Below are positions 12,509 to 27,288 of a stretch of 64,000 bases of DNA, piece after piece. This DNA comes from the human T2T-CHM13v2.0 reference genome, Homo sapiens. The notes beneath the pieces were generated by a model, which saw nothing but the letters and a program-made list of their open reading frames with translations, was not told the origin of the DNA and ran no database searches. The position numbers were made by a program, and so were the translations under genes. Where the stretch lies: assembly GCF_009914755.1 (NCBI RefSeq), contig NC_060932.1; one strand, 5' to 3'. How positions within the stretch are numbered: the stretch's first letter is position 1; every line of letters begins with the position of its first letter.

Positions 12509-12563
12509 GTAAGTAATTTAAAAGGCAGCAAAAGAGAGAAGAGATTTCTTTCATTTTCAATGA

Positions 12564-12834
<271 letters not shown>

Positions 12835-13679
12835 TGAGAGGTTTATACAACCCTAGATCATACGATGTAGACAACCTACTTCCTGGCCATTCCCTGGAAT
12901 CTGAGGGAGAATGACATTTAGGCACTGGGGCTCCCAGTCCTGGCAAATACCTTTCTGCTTTAGGGAGGCATAGAAACCACAGAACCATCAGACTTGAAAG
13001 AAATAATATGGACCTGGGTCTTTTTAGAATTCTCAATTTGGTTCGTTATCTCTCAAACCTTTGCCCATCACTTGGGGAAGAGGGCAGATAGTATAGGAAT
13101 AAGGTTACTGAGTCATTTGCCAGTTTTGCGGAATGGAAAATTGAAGTCAAGTACGATTTTCTTTAAGGGGGAAAAATGTGATTTTTTAAAATGTATCTAA
13201 ATTTTGGTTGCAAATTTATATTGGGTACAGAAGTCTGGGGAATATATACAATCTAATAAACTCCTAGATGAAAATCATAGGTTATTTTTGCATTACCATA
13301 TACTCTTTTCAATACTCCAAAATGCTTTCCCATACCTTAATTCCTTTGTATTTTCTGCATTCCTCAACTTTCTTAAACTGTAATGAATATGAAGTTAGTC
13401 TTAGGAGCCACGTGAAACATACACTTCCTTTATGATATTTTCTTGCCCCTTCTGGACAGACCAATTTATTTCTGCCTCTGAGCACAATTCTGCTTGGTAG
13501 ATCCAATTCATATAGATGGATGATAATATGCTAGAGTATTTCCACATTAGGCTGTGATATTTTTAGGTCAGGGTGGGCAATATCTTATAATCATCTAATT
13601 TTTTGAGCCCTTACTAGGTACCAGGGACATAAAGCAATAAAGATACTTTACATGGTTTAAAATGTTGCACAATCAATAT

Positions 13680-13990
13680 GTATTAGAGTAAGATACGTCT
13701 AAAGATATCATCTAGTAAATCCTCTCTTTTTGTAGATGAGGAAACTGAGTCACAGAAAACTTCTATTGCTTAAAGCAATGTTCCTCAAATTTTAGATTAA
13801 GCCCAATATCTGGGGGGCTTGTAATAAAAAGAGTTCTGGATCCTACCCCTAGTTGCTGATGCTGTAGGTCTAGGGACTGAGAATTTGCATTTGATACTGC
13901 TGGCCAGGGACCACACATTTAGAAACACCGGGCTAATGCCACACTGGTCATTCAGTGGCAAGACTAGGATCCAAGTTTCCTGAGTTTACT
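13680..13990 (-). mobile_element. MIR interrupted by MER5A
   Basis: 'tttgtagatgaggaaactgagtcacag' before the MER5A. 'ccacactggtcattcagtggcaagactaggatccaagtttcctga' after it. Confidence 0.7.
13775..13930. mobile_element. MER5A (hAT-Charlie MITE)
   Basis: 'caatgttcctcaaatttt...tgagaatttgcattt...gggaccacacatttagaaacaccg'. Confidence 0.75.
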
Positions 13991-15086
13991 ACACTGAGGT
14001 TGCTTATGATAGTTATTCATGACAACATTCTTTATTCATGACAATTATGTGACCATATGTAAATAATAAAAATACCATGAGAATTAATTGCTGGTTTTTA
14101 CAATTGCATTTAATAAATGAAAAATCCAAGGCAAAAATTGAGGTAAAAGTCTGCCCTCACCCCTTTTAGGGCTATTCTTTGGATCAGAAGCAGCTGACCA
14201 GTTTGCTTTTCTGGGAATTATGGACAGACCTTCTTCCACTTCTCTTGGCCATATCCTACTGATATTACTTCAGCATCTTTCTTCTTAGATTTTTCTCAAA
14301 GCCTTTGTAAAGCCCCCAAGTTTCTCTCTCCTGGCCTACTGTCTCAGAGATGGAGAGTGAGGCTTAGGCTCCTGACAGCCTTTTGTCCACCTTCCTCCCA
14401 AACCTCCTAAACCTTCCAGATTTAGGAAAGCTATTTGTTTACTTCCTCCTATCTGGTTCTCTGGGAAAGAACAGCCATCAGAAGCAAGCATGTTTCTAAC
14501 ATTTAAAGACAAACCAATACTAGTTTCATTTTCTGTGTGGATAAGGACTGAATGCTAACATATGATTATTCCCTGCCAGGGCATAGAGCACAAGCTGGTA
14601 TTTGATGGATCCAGGAAGTCAAAAAGCAATAATGTTTTAACACTTACATAAAACCACCTTTTGTTTAATAGGAATAAATAATGTTCCAATCTTAGTAATG
14701 CCAACTCTCTGCACACAGAGCTGTAGCATCTAATGAGATGGGACCTTCGGACGTGAGGTGGGTACAATAGCATCAAGCATGCAACAGAGCAGCAGGAAAG
14801 ACTTGTCCTAATCCCATGTACCACTAAGGAAAATCACCGAAGAAAACACCATAGAATTAATGCTTTATGATTCATAAATAAATACCCTGATCATGTACTG
14901 AAATTAGGGACAGGTGATATGAATTTTCAAAATAGAACTCCAATAGTCATTCAGAGCTCCTGAAAGTAAAACTTAACTAATTAGACCAAAATATAAGAAA
15001 TAGCAGAGAAAAGAAAAAAAAGAAAACATTATAAAATCTTCCATCTCCATGTTTCTACAATTTTTCCACACTCCTCACATGTCTAG

Positions 15087-15617
<531 letters not shown>

Positions 15618-15717
15618 AAATGTGCCTATTTCTGACTCATGTTGGTTTTCTTTACAATTGCTTCCCTAGCACTAATGACTAAGTCTAGCAAATGATATTG
15701 TCTCAAAAAATATTTGT

Positions 15718-16211
<494 letters not shown>

Positions 16212-16526
16212 TCACCTGGATGCATCCTATCAAAATAGCTGTGTGCCCCCTTCTTAACATACACTTCCCTGCCCTCACTGATTTTGCCCTATGTCCTAGC
16301 CAGCCTTGCTGTGCAAGAAATCACAGATCTCTTGAATCCTTCATGACTTTTTTATAGATGCATGCCCTGAAGGATTTCCCAAGTAATAAAAATCCTAAAT
16401 AGATTCAAAGATGTAACTAGCAATAGGAGTTAAGATACTATATTCACCCAGAAGAGCATGAGCAAAGGCAATATTGAAATGAACGTGAGATGAATGACAC
16501 CAGCATTGGCTGCTAATGCCACCTAA

Positions 16527-17009
<483 letters not shown>

Positions 17010-17159
17010 TAACAAAAGGTCCACGCTCACCAGGTCTTTACTAGCCTTGGTGTTAAGAGTGGATGTTGCACCCTACCCAGGAGGGATCTGTCAGGAGACA
17101 GACATAAAGATAAAATGATATCAATAATAGAAGTATCATTTTAGGACATAGTGTGGATT

Positions 17160-17245
17160 ATGGCTTCACAGTTTGCTCTGTGAGCTGGGAGAGCCATTTA
17201 CCTTCATTTATGAGTGAGAAGAACCAAAGTTCAGGGAGGTTAGAA
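17160..17245 (-). mobile_element. MIR fragment
   Basis: 'ccttcatttatgagtgagaagaaccaaagttcagggaggttag'. Confidence 0.45.
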
Positions 17246-20200
17246 CTCTCTCTGCATTCCTCAGAGATTTGGAAACTGAGATAAGAATATCTGAGCACTT
17301 AAAATTTTTAAAGAGGTGTAATTGATCATTGGTTAAAGTGGATGATTTTCTCTCCACAAAAAATGGAGGGAGGGTTCAGTGTTACTTTTCCAAATCATTG
17401 ATCAATTATTTTGTTTGACCACACAGTGAATAGGCCATAGTTTAGTAATTGCTTGATTTGTTTAGATTTACAAAATACTCTGATTCTTAACTCTTCCCCA
17501 AATTGTAAAGTGGTCCAACTAGTTGAACCTTCAATTCAATATGAATTGAAGGAATATATTACTTATGCTGCTGTGAAGATAAAATAGTGATGACTATAAG
17601 AGTCATTCTTTTCAAGTTATGATTACCATTGGGAGTTTAGAACTCCATAAAGGGAGTTGGATGTATGTCCCAGGGAGGTTTTTCTTTACCTTGTAGATTA
17701 AGCTTGGTTCAAGTGCTGTTTAAGCTTGTTAAAAGGATGATGCTTGAACCTGAGGATTGTGCAAACTGTTATGGTCACAAAAGACCACCTGATTCCTGTC
17801 CCCTCATTAGCTTAGCCACTTGAGAAGGAGACATTCAGGCTGCTCTTTTCTGAAGCCCATTCTGCCTGCCATTTCTCATACACCTAACAGATCTTCTCAC
17901 AATAATTCTCATCTCAGATTCACAGCCTGTTATTATCTCATTGTTTTAAACTAAAAATAAACACAGCCGCTAGCAAGGCTGTCTATACAATATGCTCTCC
18001 ACTGCAAGCCTCCCACAGAGCAGATGAATGTTTATATGTGAGAGTTCACTTTTCCACGGGGTGGTATGAATGATATTATCTGAGGCTATCACTACTCCTG
18101 AATTTCTTCAGTTTAAACACTAATCCTTTTTTGTTCATGTTTATTTATTTCCATTTATTGAGATATAATTTCCTTATCATAAAATGCACAGATATGAATT
18201 GTTCAGTATGATGATTTTGACAACTCTATATGCCCATAAAATATACACCCATCAGATAACTACATTGACAAGATGTGGAATATTTTCATCCTCTGAGAAA
18301 ACCCCTTTTTGCTCCCTTTTTAGTTAGTTTACCTAATATTTGTCCTTCCCTATCTCTCCTCCCAGCCAAGTCATTTGCCAGACACTTGTATTGCCAGCAA
18401 TTTCTTCTGCGAGAGACAATCTCTCTCTGACTTCACCACAGTTTGGTTTGCCTGTTTGTGGTCATTATATAAATAGATTCATAAGGTATGTTTGTGTTTG
18501 GTTTCTCAACATGACATTCTCAGAGATTAATTCATGTTGTGTTTATAAGAAGTTATGTTCCATTTTATCACTTAGTTGTATTTCATTCTATGTTTATATA
18601 GCAATCTGTCAATCTGTTTCTTTATCAGTGGGCATTTCAATTGTTTACACTTGAAACTCAGGCTACTATGAATAAAGTTGCCATAAATATTCATATACAA
18701 GATGTTCATGTATAAAACATATGTTTTTATTTCTTGTATTTACCTAAGAGTTCAATTGCTGGGTCATATGGTATCTATTTGTGTATAAGAAGCTGCTGAA
18801 CAATTTTCAAAAGTGATAGTGCAATATTTCACTCACACTAACAATGAGAGCTGATGAGATTTCCTGTTTATTTCACATTTTGGCCAAAATTTGGTATTGT
18901 CACTCTCTTTGATTGTTGCCATTCTAATGTCTGAAATTGTATTTTATTGTAGGTTTAATTTTTATGTCCCTGATGATTAATTATGTTGAGCATTTGTTCA
19001 TGTTCTCATCTGTTTATTAATGATAAACTATGTGTTTATCATTGTTTCAGAAATATAAGAAATATTCCTCTATTTCTTTATTGAAGTGACTAAGATTGTT
19101 GCGCATTTTAAATTGAGTTATGTGTCTTTTCATTGTTAATTTGTAGGAGTTATTTACATATTCTGGATACAAGTCATTTGCCAGGTACGTGTATTGCCAG
19201 TAATTTCTTCCACTCTGCAGCTGTCTGATTCATTTTCTCAAGAGTGTCTTTTGGTGAGCAGAAATTCTTAATTTTGGAGAAGTCCAACTTATTATTATTT
19301 TCTTTTGTGTTAGTATTTTGTGATTTATCAAAAGAATATTTCTCCAGCATAAGGTCACAAAGGTATTCTCCTTTGTTTTCTTCTAGAAAGTTTGTGGTTC
19401 TAGCTTTTATGTGTAGGTCTCTGGTCCATTGAAAATTAACTTTATGAGTAAAATAATTTTTAAGTCCTTTGTTTTATGTATGAATATCCCAGTGTTCTAG
19501 AACTACATATTTGTTGAACAAAAGATCTTGTTCTCACTGAACTGATCTCGTACTTTTGTTGGAATCAACTGATAATATAAGTGGGCCTATCTAAACTCTC
19601 TACTGTCTTCCTTTGATTGTGATGTGTAATGTAAGTAGACAAAATAATGAAATTATGCTAATTCCATACTATTTTGATTACTTTTGCTTTATAGTTGGTT
19701 GTGGAATTGGGTAGTAAAAATCCTCCACCTCTATTATTTTTCAAATTTATACTGGTTAATCTAGAATTTTGATTAGAATTGCACTGAACCTGAATATTAT
19801 TTTGAGGAGAACTAATATCTTAACATATTGAGTCTTCTAATATACAAAATAATAAATTTTTTACTTATATAGGACTTTTTTCTCTTGTAGCAAGGTTTTA
19901 CAGTGTCCAGTGTAGATATCATAGACATTTTACTGTATTTATTTTAAGATGTTTAATGTTCTTTGATTACATTACCAACTGTATTATTTTCTAAGCTTCA
20001 CTTCTAATTGTGTTGCCATTACACAGAAATACAATTTTATTTAACATTTCTTTTATATCCTATTTACTTGCTCAATTTTCTAATCAGTGCCAGGAGATGT
20101 TTTTGTAATTAAATTCCACAATGTTTTGCATGTACAAAATAATTTTATATAAGAATAAAGATAATTTCACTTTATTTTCAATCTTTATGACATTTATTTC

Positions 20201-21216
20201 TTAACTTGTCTTATTGCACTGGCTAAGACCTGCAGTACAATGAATGTTAAACAGAAGTAGAGTGGACATCCTTATCATGTTCTCAATCTTAAAGAAAGAT
20301 TGTTGATTGTTTCACCATTGATTATGATATTAACCATGGGTTTCTCTGATGTACACCTTTTAAGTTTAAAAATATTTTCTTCTATTTTTAGTTGGCTGAG
20401 AGTTTTTGTCATGAATGCTAATTGAATTTAGTCAAATTTAGTCAAAAAATGTACTTTTTTCTGCATCATTTCTGAAAATCACACTCTTCTTTATTCTTTT
20501 AGTGTGGTGATTTACACTGATTAATTTTCAAATATTAAACCAAATAAGCATTCCTGGGATAAATTGCATTCATCACAATGTATTAGCTTTTCATTAATTG
20601 CTGGATTTTATTTTTTTCTCATTCAATGAGGAATATTGATCTGCAATGTTTTTCTTTTAGTGGTATTAGAATTATACATGGTTTATCAAATTAATCAGGA
20701 ACTATATCTTCGATATCACTTATATGAATTTGTATTAGTATTATTTTTTACTTAAATATTTGCTGAAATTCAACCAGTGAAGACATTTACTATTTTCTTT
20801 ATTAAAATGTTAATTTCTTTAATTGATATAGTGTTAAGATTTTTATTTTATTTTGTTTTAAATTTGGTTTGTTAAGTTTTCTAAGATACTTGTTCATTTT
20901 ATTTAAGTTGTCAAATTTATTCACATGAAATTGTTTATAATATCTTCATGTGTTTCACAACTATGGTACATTGTGTGACATACCTTCTTTCATTCCCAAT
21001 ATGTTTACTTTTTGTTTTCTCTCTTTTTTATTGATCAGTGATGTTAGGGTTTGTTAATATTATTCATCTGTTCAAAGAATCGATTTTTTACTTTGTTGAT
21101 TTTCTCTATTGTCTGTATGTTTTATTTCAATGACTTCCACTCACATTATTTTCATTTCTACTATGCTTTTAATTTGCTGTTTATTTCTCTCTTTTTGAGG
21201 AGGAGGAGTGGTTGGA

Positions 21217-21445
21217 ATAAAAGAGAAAACATAGGGGAAAGGCTCCATGACATTGGTCTGGGCAGAGATTTTTTTGGATATCATTCCAAAAGCACAGGCA
21301 ACAAAAGCAAAATTAGACAAATAGGATTGTATCAAATTTAAAAGCTCCTGTCCAACAAATTGAGCAATCAACAGAGTGAAGACACAACCTTCAAAATGGG
21401 AGAAAATATTTACAAACCATATATCTGGTAGAGGTTAATATTTCA
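21217..21445 (+). mobile_element. Tailless internal L1MA-type ORF2 fragment
   Basis: 'agaaaacataggggaaaggctccatgacattggtctgggc...aaagcacaggcaacaaaagcaaaa...atgggagaaaatattt'. Opposite in orientation to the host L1 and visibly less diverged. Confidence 0.85.
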
Positions 21446-21949
21446 ATGATTTTGTACCTTTCTTCTTTTCCAAAATATACAGTTAAAGGTATAAATTTTC
21501 TTCTAAGGGCTACTTTAGCGATTTTCTACAAATTTTGATATGTTGTGCTTTCATTTTTATTCCATTCAAAACGTATCATAATTTTTGTTGTGACTTTTGA
21601 TTCATGGATTAGAAGTATTTATTCATGGATTAGAAGTATTAGAAGTATTTCCAAGTATTTGAAGTATTTGGAAATTTTATACATACTTTATGGTATTGAT
21701 TTCAAATTTAATTTTATTGTCGCCTGAGAACATTCTCTGTATAATAATTATTCTTTGAAAAATATTGAGACTTTTTTACATCTAGTTTTTTTTTTTAATG
21801 CCGTATGCTTTGTTATGGTTCCACAGCCACTAGAAACAATGATTATTCTGAAGTCAATGGGTGTGTACTTCTATAAATATCAATTAGATCTAATTGGCAT
21901 TGTTCAAATCTCTATAGTTTTACTTATATTTTTGTGTGTCTATTTGTCC

Positions 21950-22246
21950 TTTTTGTTTGTTTTTGAGTCAAGGTCTTACTCTATTGCCCAGGCTGGAGTA
22001 TAGTGGTGCAATCATGGCTCGCTGAAACCTCAACCTCTTGGGCTCAAACTATCCTCCCACTTCAACCTCTGAAGTAACTGGGACTACAGGCATGCACCAC
22101 CATGTCTGGCTGTTTTGTATTTTTTTCTGTAGAGAAGGGTTTCACCATGTTGTCCAGACTAGTCTTGAGCTCCCGGGCTCAAGCAATCTGCCAGCCTCAG
22201 CCTCCCAAAGTGCTAGGATTACAGGCGTGAGCCACCACGCCTGGCC
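21950..22246 (-). mobile_element. AluJ
   Basis: J-type 'atcatggctc', 'gggctcaagcaatc'. TSD-like tctatttgt / tctacttgt. Confidence 0.93.
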
Positions 22247-22949
22247 TCTACTTGTTTTATCAGTTACAGAAAGAGCCATATTAAGATCTCTTTGTAAAAT
22301 TATGACTTTGCCTTTCTTTCTCTTTACCTTCATCAGTTTTGCTTTTTATTTAAAAAACATGCATAGTAATTATGATTTCTATGTCTTCTTGATGAATATT
22401 CCCTTTTATCATTATGGAATGCCTCTGTTTATCTCTGTTAGTATTTTCCGTCTTGAGTTGTTAAGCTTAGTACACTCATTGTACATATTTTTTCACTCTA
22501 TTGTTTTCTATCTGTCTGTGTCTTCATAAAGTGTGCTTACCATAGATAGCATAAAATTGGGTATTACTTTTTTGGTTCAGTCTGTCAATCTCTGACTTTT
22601 AATTGGAGCTACTATGACCTTAATATTAAGGTAGTTTTTGAAACAGTTAAGTTGTCTACCATCTTCATATTTGTTTTAAATTTGTCCCATCTGTTCTTGG
22701 TCAATGACACCTTTCCTTTCGCTTTTTTAGTGAAACAAATTCCATTTTATTTGTTTTAGTTATCCATTTTCATGGATTTATTCATTATTCCATTTTATCT
22801 CTTCTGTAGCATAAACTTCTCAGCCATTTACACATCTTTTGCCTTATATGTAATTTCTGCATATATGCAAACAATATGACATGTTATTATTTTTACTTTA
22901 AACAGTCATTGGCTTTTTAAAGAAATTTGAGAATATAAATATAAGTATC

Positions 22950-23030
22950 TATTAGGTTGGTGCAAAAGTAATTGCGGTTTTACCATTACTTTTAATGGCA
23001 AAACCGCAATTACTTTTGCACCAACCTATG
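22950..23030. mobile_element. MADE1 (Hsmar1 mariner-derived MITE)
   Basis: TA + ttaggttggtgcaaaagtaattgcggtttt...aaaaccgcaattacttttgcaccaaccta, an ~80-bp palindrome of Hsmar1 TIRs. Confidence 0.96.
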
Positions 23031-24263
23031 TATGTATGTATATATGTATGTATCTATTTATCTAAGACATCTATCTGTACATAGATACTTCTCTTCTTTA
23101 TGTATAAGTATCTATAGATAGAGAGACAGATAGTGATAAGGATGGAGAGAATAAGAATATGCCTTATATTTACTGGTTCTCTTCACTACTTTCCACAGAT
23201 TCAGACTTCCATTCTGTTATTACTTTCTTGGGCCTAGAGATCTTATTTTAGCATTTCTTGTAGTACAGGTCTACTAGAGACAAATCTGTCAGTGATTGTC
23301 ATTTGAATATGTTTTCATTTTTAAAAGATATTTTCACTGGATATAGAGTTTGAGGTTAGAATTTTTTTTAGCACTTTAGAGATGTCATTTATTTTTCTTC
23401 TGTTCTTTACTACATCTGTAAAGGAAATAAGAATCACAACTATCTTTGTTCCCTCTGTGTTATATGTCCTTTCTGTCTTACTGCCTTTTTTCAAGTTTCT
23501 TTTTATCTTTGGTTTTCTGCAGTTTGACTGTGATGTGCCAAAGTGTTTTTTACTTTGTACTTGTTCTATTTCATTCACTTATCTTAATTTGTGGATTTGT
23601 TCCTTTCAATACTGTGAGAAATTGTCAACTATTGTCTTTTTAAACATTTTTATTGCTCCATTTTTTCTTTTTTCTCTTTCTGATGCACCAAATATACATA
23701 AATTAGACCATTTAATATCATCCCACTGATTTTGGATGCTCTATTTTGTTTCATTCTTTTTCTTTTTATGTATTAGTTTATTTAATTTCTACTGACCTTT
23801 CCTTAAGTTAATTCTTTCCTCTGCTGTGTTCAGTGTAGTTTAAGCACATGAGGAGACATTGTCATTTTGGTTTTCATTTACAGCATTTTTATTTGCTTCT
23901 TTTTAATAGTTTACATTTTTTCATGGCATTTTCTACTCATTCACACGTTTTCTACCTTTCCCAAAACTCATTTAAAGAGTGTATCATTGTAGTTACAAAT
24001 TCCCATCAGATAATTCCAATATTTGAGTCTATTCTGAGTCTGCATCTATTAATCATATTTTATTTTAGCTATGGGAAGCATTTTCTCATTAATTCACTTA
24101 ACTTTTAATTTTTTATTATATCACAATTTTTTTGGTAAGAGAGCTATCTATATCTATCTATAACTGAATTAAGTAGTATTACTTTTTAAAAAAAGGTCAA
24201 CTTATTTCTTCTGTCAGTCCACTGGTGTCAATATAACTAATAGCAGAGCTGAATTTAAGTTTG

Positions 24264-24555
24264 GGCCATGTGCAGTGGCTCACACCTGTAATCTCAGCAC
24301 TTTGCGAGGCTGAGGTGGGTGGATCACCTGAGGTCAGGAGTTTGAGACCAGCCTGACCAACATGGTGAAACCCCGTCTCTATTAAAAATACAAAAATTAG
24401 CCAGGTGTGGTGGCAGACTCCTGCAGTCCCAGCTACTTGGGAGACTGAGGCAGGAGAATCATTTGAACCCAGGAGGTGGAGGTTGCAGTGACTCTGAGAT
24501 TGCACCATTGCACTCCAAGCTGGGCGACAAGAGTGAGACTCTGTCTAAAGAAAAA
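24264..24555 (+). mobile_element. AluS (Sq/Sp/Sx-like)
   Basis: Full dimer with 'ggatcacctgaggtcaggagtttgagaccagcctgaccaacatgg'. Confidence 0.95.
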
Positions 24556-24616
24556 AGGAAGGGAGGGAGAGAGGAAGAAGGAAAAGAAGGAAGGAAGGAA
24601 GGAGAGAGAGAGAGAG

Positions 24617-24659
<43 letters not shown>

Positions 24660-24677
24660 AGGAAAGAAAGAAAGAAA
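24547..24677 (+). repeat. Purine-only (GGAA/GA/GAAA)n microsatellite derived from the Alu tail
   Basis: Direct inspection. Confidence 0.96.
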
Positions 24678-25554
24678 GTTAGTTTGTGAGTCTTAGACTC
24701 AATCGACCAATGCTTCAACATTTTAAGAGTGAAAATAGGACCTTCCCTTTAGCAAGGATATGAGCCTTTCTTGTATTACAGGCCTACTAGAGACAAATCT
24801 GTCAGTGATTGTTATTTGAATATGTTTTTATTTTTAAAAGATATTTTCACTGGATATAGAATTTTGTGTTAGAATTTTTTTAGCACTTTATTATGGGAGA
24901 TCACTTGTTTTAGAGCCTAGTTGCAAACGTTTTGACTTGCTGGGGAATTCTCATTGCTTTCAAATCCTGCCCTTGGCTTTTTGCATCTAGGAGACTTTCT
25001 ACCCACTGTCCTGCACCCCAGCTTTTCTTTCTTACAGGTTTCAATAATCTATGATTTTTGTAGCTTGTCTGGCTTGTAGTACATTCTTTTGTGAATTTTT
25101 TCCCATCCTATAAGTAAACAAAAGTCTGATGTTTAGTTCTTATTTTAGAAATACTAAGGTGTTCTTTTCCTTTTATCAGCTGACTTTAGTTATATTTATT
25201 CAGAAGAATCTAATCTATCTTATAAGGGCATTTTACAAAACTGTGAATGTATTTTATGACCCTAAATGTACACACACTGCTAGGTAAACACAGTCAAGAC
25301 AATCTATAAAGGTGTAAATTAAAAAGAAAAAAATCTTGGCTCTGGTATCTTTAAAAGTTAAGAAAAGAAGTTTTACATGTGACTGAGTGGTTGTTTTAGT
25401 GCCACAGGCCAAGTTTTAAATAACAGTAGTCAGAATTCTGTAAGTCAATGCTAACATTAAACTTAGGTGGCATGGTGCAGTGTTGCCAAGGTACCCATCT
25501 CCAGAGTGCTCTGGGGCTTCTCATGAAGTCATTTCAAGTCTTGTCCTCCCTTTC

Positions 25555-25700
25555 CTAATTCCTATGAGGTTAGAATTTAGAAGTGGGAGGACATTATTAT
25601 TCCCTATTTGCTGCTGAGAAGCAAGGTGAAGTCACAAAAGTGCCAGGTATTTTTGCCCAAATCATAGAGCAGTCAGTCAATCAGAAGGAAGAATTCACAG
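25555..25700 (-). mobile_element. MIR fragment
   Basis: 'cctatgagg...attattattccctattt...tttgcccaaatcatagagc'. Confidence 0.5.
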
Positions 25701-26129
25701 GAGTGAAACTAGCCTGTCTTTGTCCTGATCCTGGTCAGTTGGCACCTAATCCCTACATGAAAAAATCGCCTATCTCATTTTAAATGTCTCTTGAGACAGC
25801 ACTGAGCCATTGTGGTATTTAATAACCTTTAGATCAAGAATATTTGTTATGTCTGACTAAACTCTGACAATCTTCCCATGGCCTCAAGATCATCAAGCTT
25901 AAGGACCAGACTTAAATGGGAATAAATTGTCAGCTTCATACATTTTTAGGTACCTAAGAATGGTAGCCATACACCTAAGAGTTGTCTTGTCTCTCATGCT
26001 CAAATCTCCCTATAATTGAAACTTATTAATGTTTATGTGAAATATTCCTTGTTGAAACCACAGATTGGCCCTACTTTATAAAAGTAATATCTACTTTTAA
26101 TTAAACGTTTTTGCTAAATGCCTCACATA

Positions 26130-26649
26130 TGATGAGAGAAAAACCAAATTCTGTCAAAACATTAAAAGAGATTTATTCTTAGCAAATGTAAGTGCCCATA
26201 GCCCCAGGGAAACAGTCTCAAGAGGTCCTGAGAAGGTGTGCCCAGCGTGTTCTGGTAAGAGTTTGGTTTTATACATTTCAAGGTGACAGAAATTACAGGT
26301 AAAATCATAAATCAATACATAGAAAGTATACATTGGTTTGACCCAAAAAGTCAGGACATTTTGAAGTGGAGGCTTACAAGTCATAGACAGAGTTTAGGGA
26401 TTCTTCAGTTGGCAATTAGTTGAAAGAGTTAAGCTTTGTCTAAAGTAGAAAGGAATGTTTAAGTTAAGATAAGGGGGTCTGTTACCTGTCATGTAATGCC
26501 ATACCAGAGTCAGGTTGGAAAGTAAGCCACAATGTACTGGGTCAGGAAAGACCTGTTTAAGGACATTTTATGGTTTGCAAGGCATAACTCCTCAGGTTCC
26601 TTAGAAAGGAATTTGAGCAAGAAAAAAAAAGGTCAGCGCTAAATCCTCA
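26130..26649 (-). mobile_element. ERV1 solo LTR, MER4 group (MER4B/C/D-like)
   Basis: 'gagatttattct...caagaggtcctgagaa...ggttttatacattt...aaatcaatacat...ttggcaattagttgaaagagttaag'. TG..CA ends, 4-bp TSD cata/tata. Confidence 0.85.
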
Positions 26650-26961
26650 TATATATTATTTAATTTTTATGAAAATGACATCAAATATTATTTGATTTAA
26701 TTTTCACAAAAATAAATAAGGTAGAAGCAGAGAAATATATAGAAGGCCATGTCTACACAATTCATGCATGGTAGAACTGGTATATGAAGGCAAGTATGTA
26801 TGATTCCATTGCTCTTGTTTTTTCTATTCCTATAATCATTTTCTACTGTTTCTACAATGTATCAAACCAAATTTGGGAACAGTTTTCTATAAGACAAAAT
26901 AACTTATTATGGGGTTTCTTTAAATCACAAATACCCCTGATGCACTTAGAACTTGATTTGA

Positions 26962-27288
<327 letters not shown>

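Larger units (their letters stand above)
18140..24240 (-). mobile_element. Long, old L1M (L1MC/MD/ME-type) running from the 3' UTR through ORF2 towards ORF1, interrupted by later insertions
   Basis: 3' end 'tttattgagatataatt...cataaaatgcacaga'. ORF2 reverse-complement landmarks include 'attgctgggtcatatggt', 'tattctggatacaagtc', 'ttattgcactggctaagacc' and 'gatattttcactggatatag'. Confidence 0.8.

Noticed and set aside
21600-21669. CRISPR-like or other spaced repeat arrays (also 11579 and 32091)
   Set aside because: Only 2-3 irregular units without unique spacers, in a mammalian context.
24463-24696. Lys/Glu/Arg-rich ORFs
   Set aside because: Alu end plus the (GAAA)n repeat.
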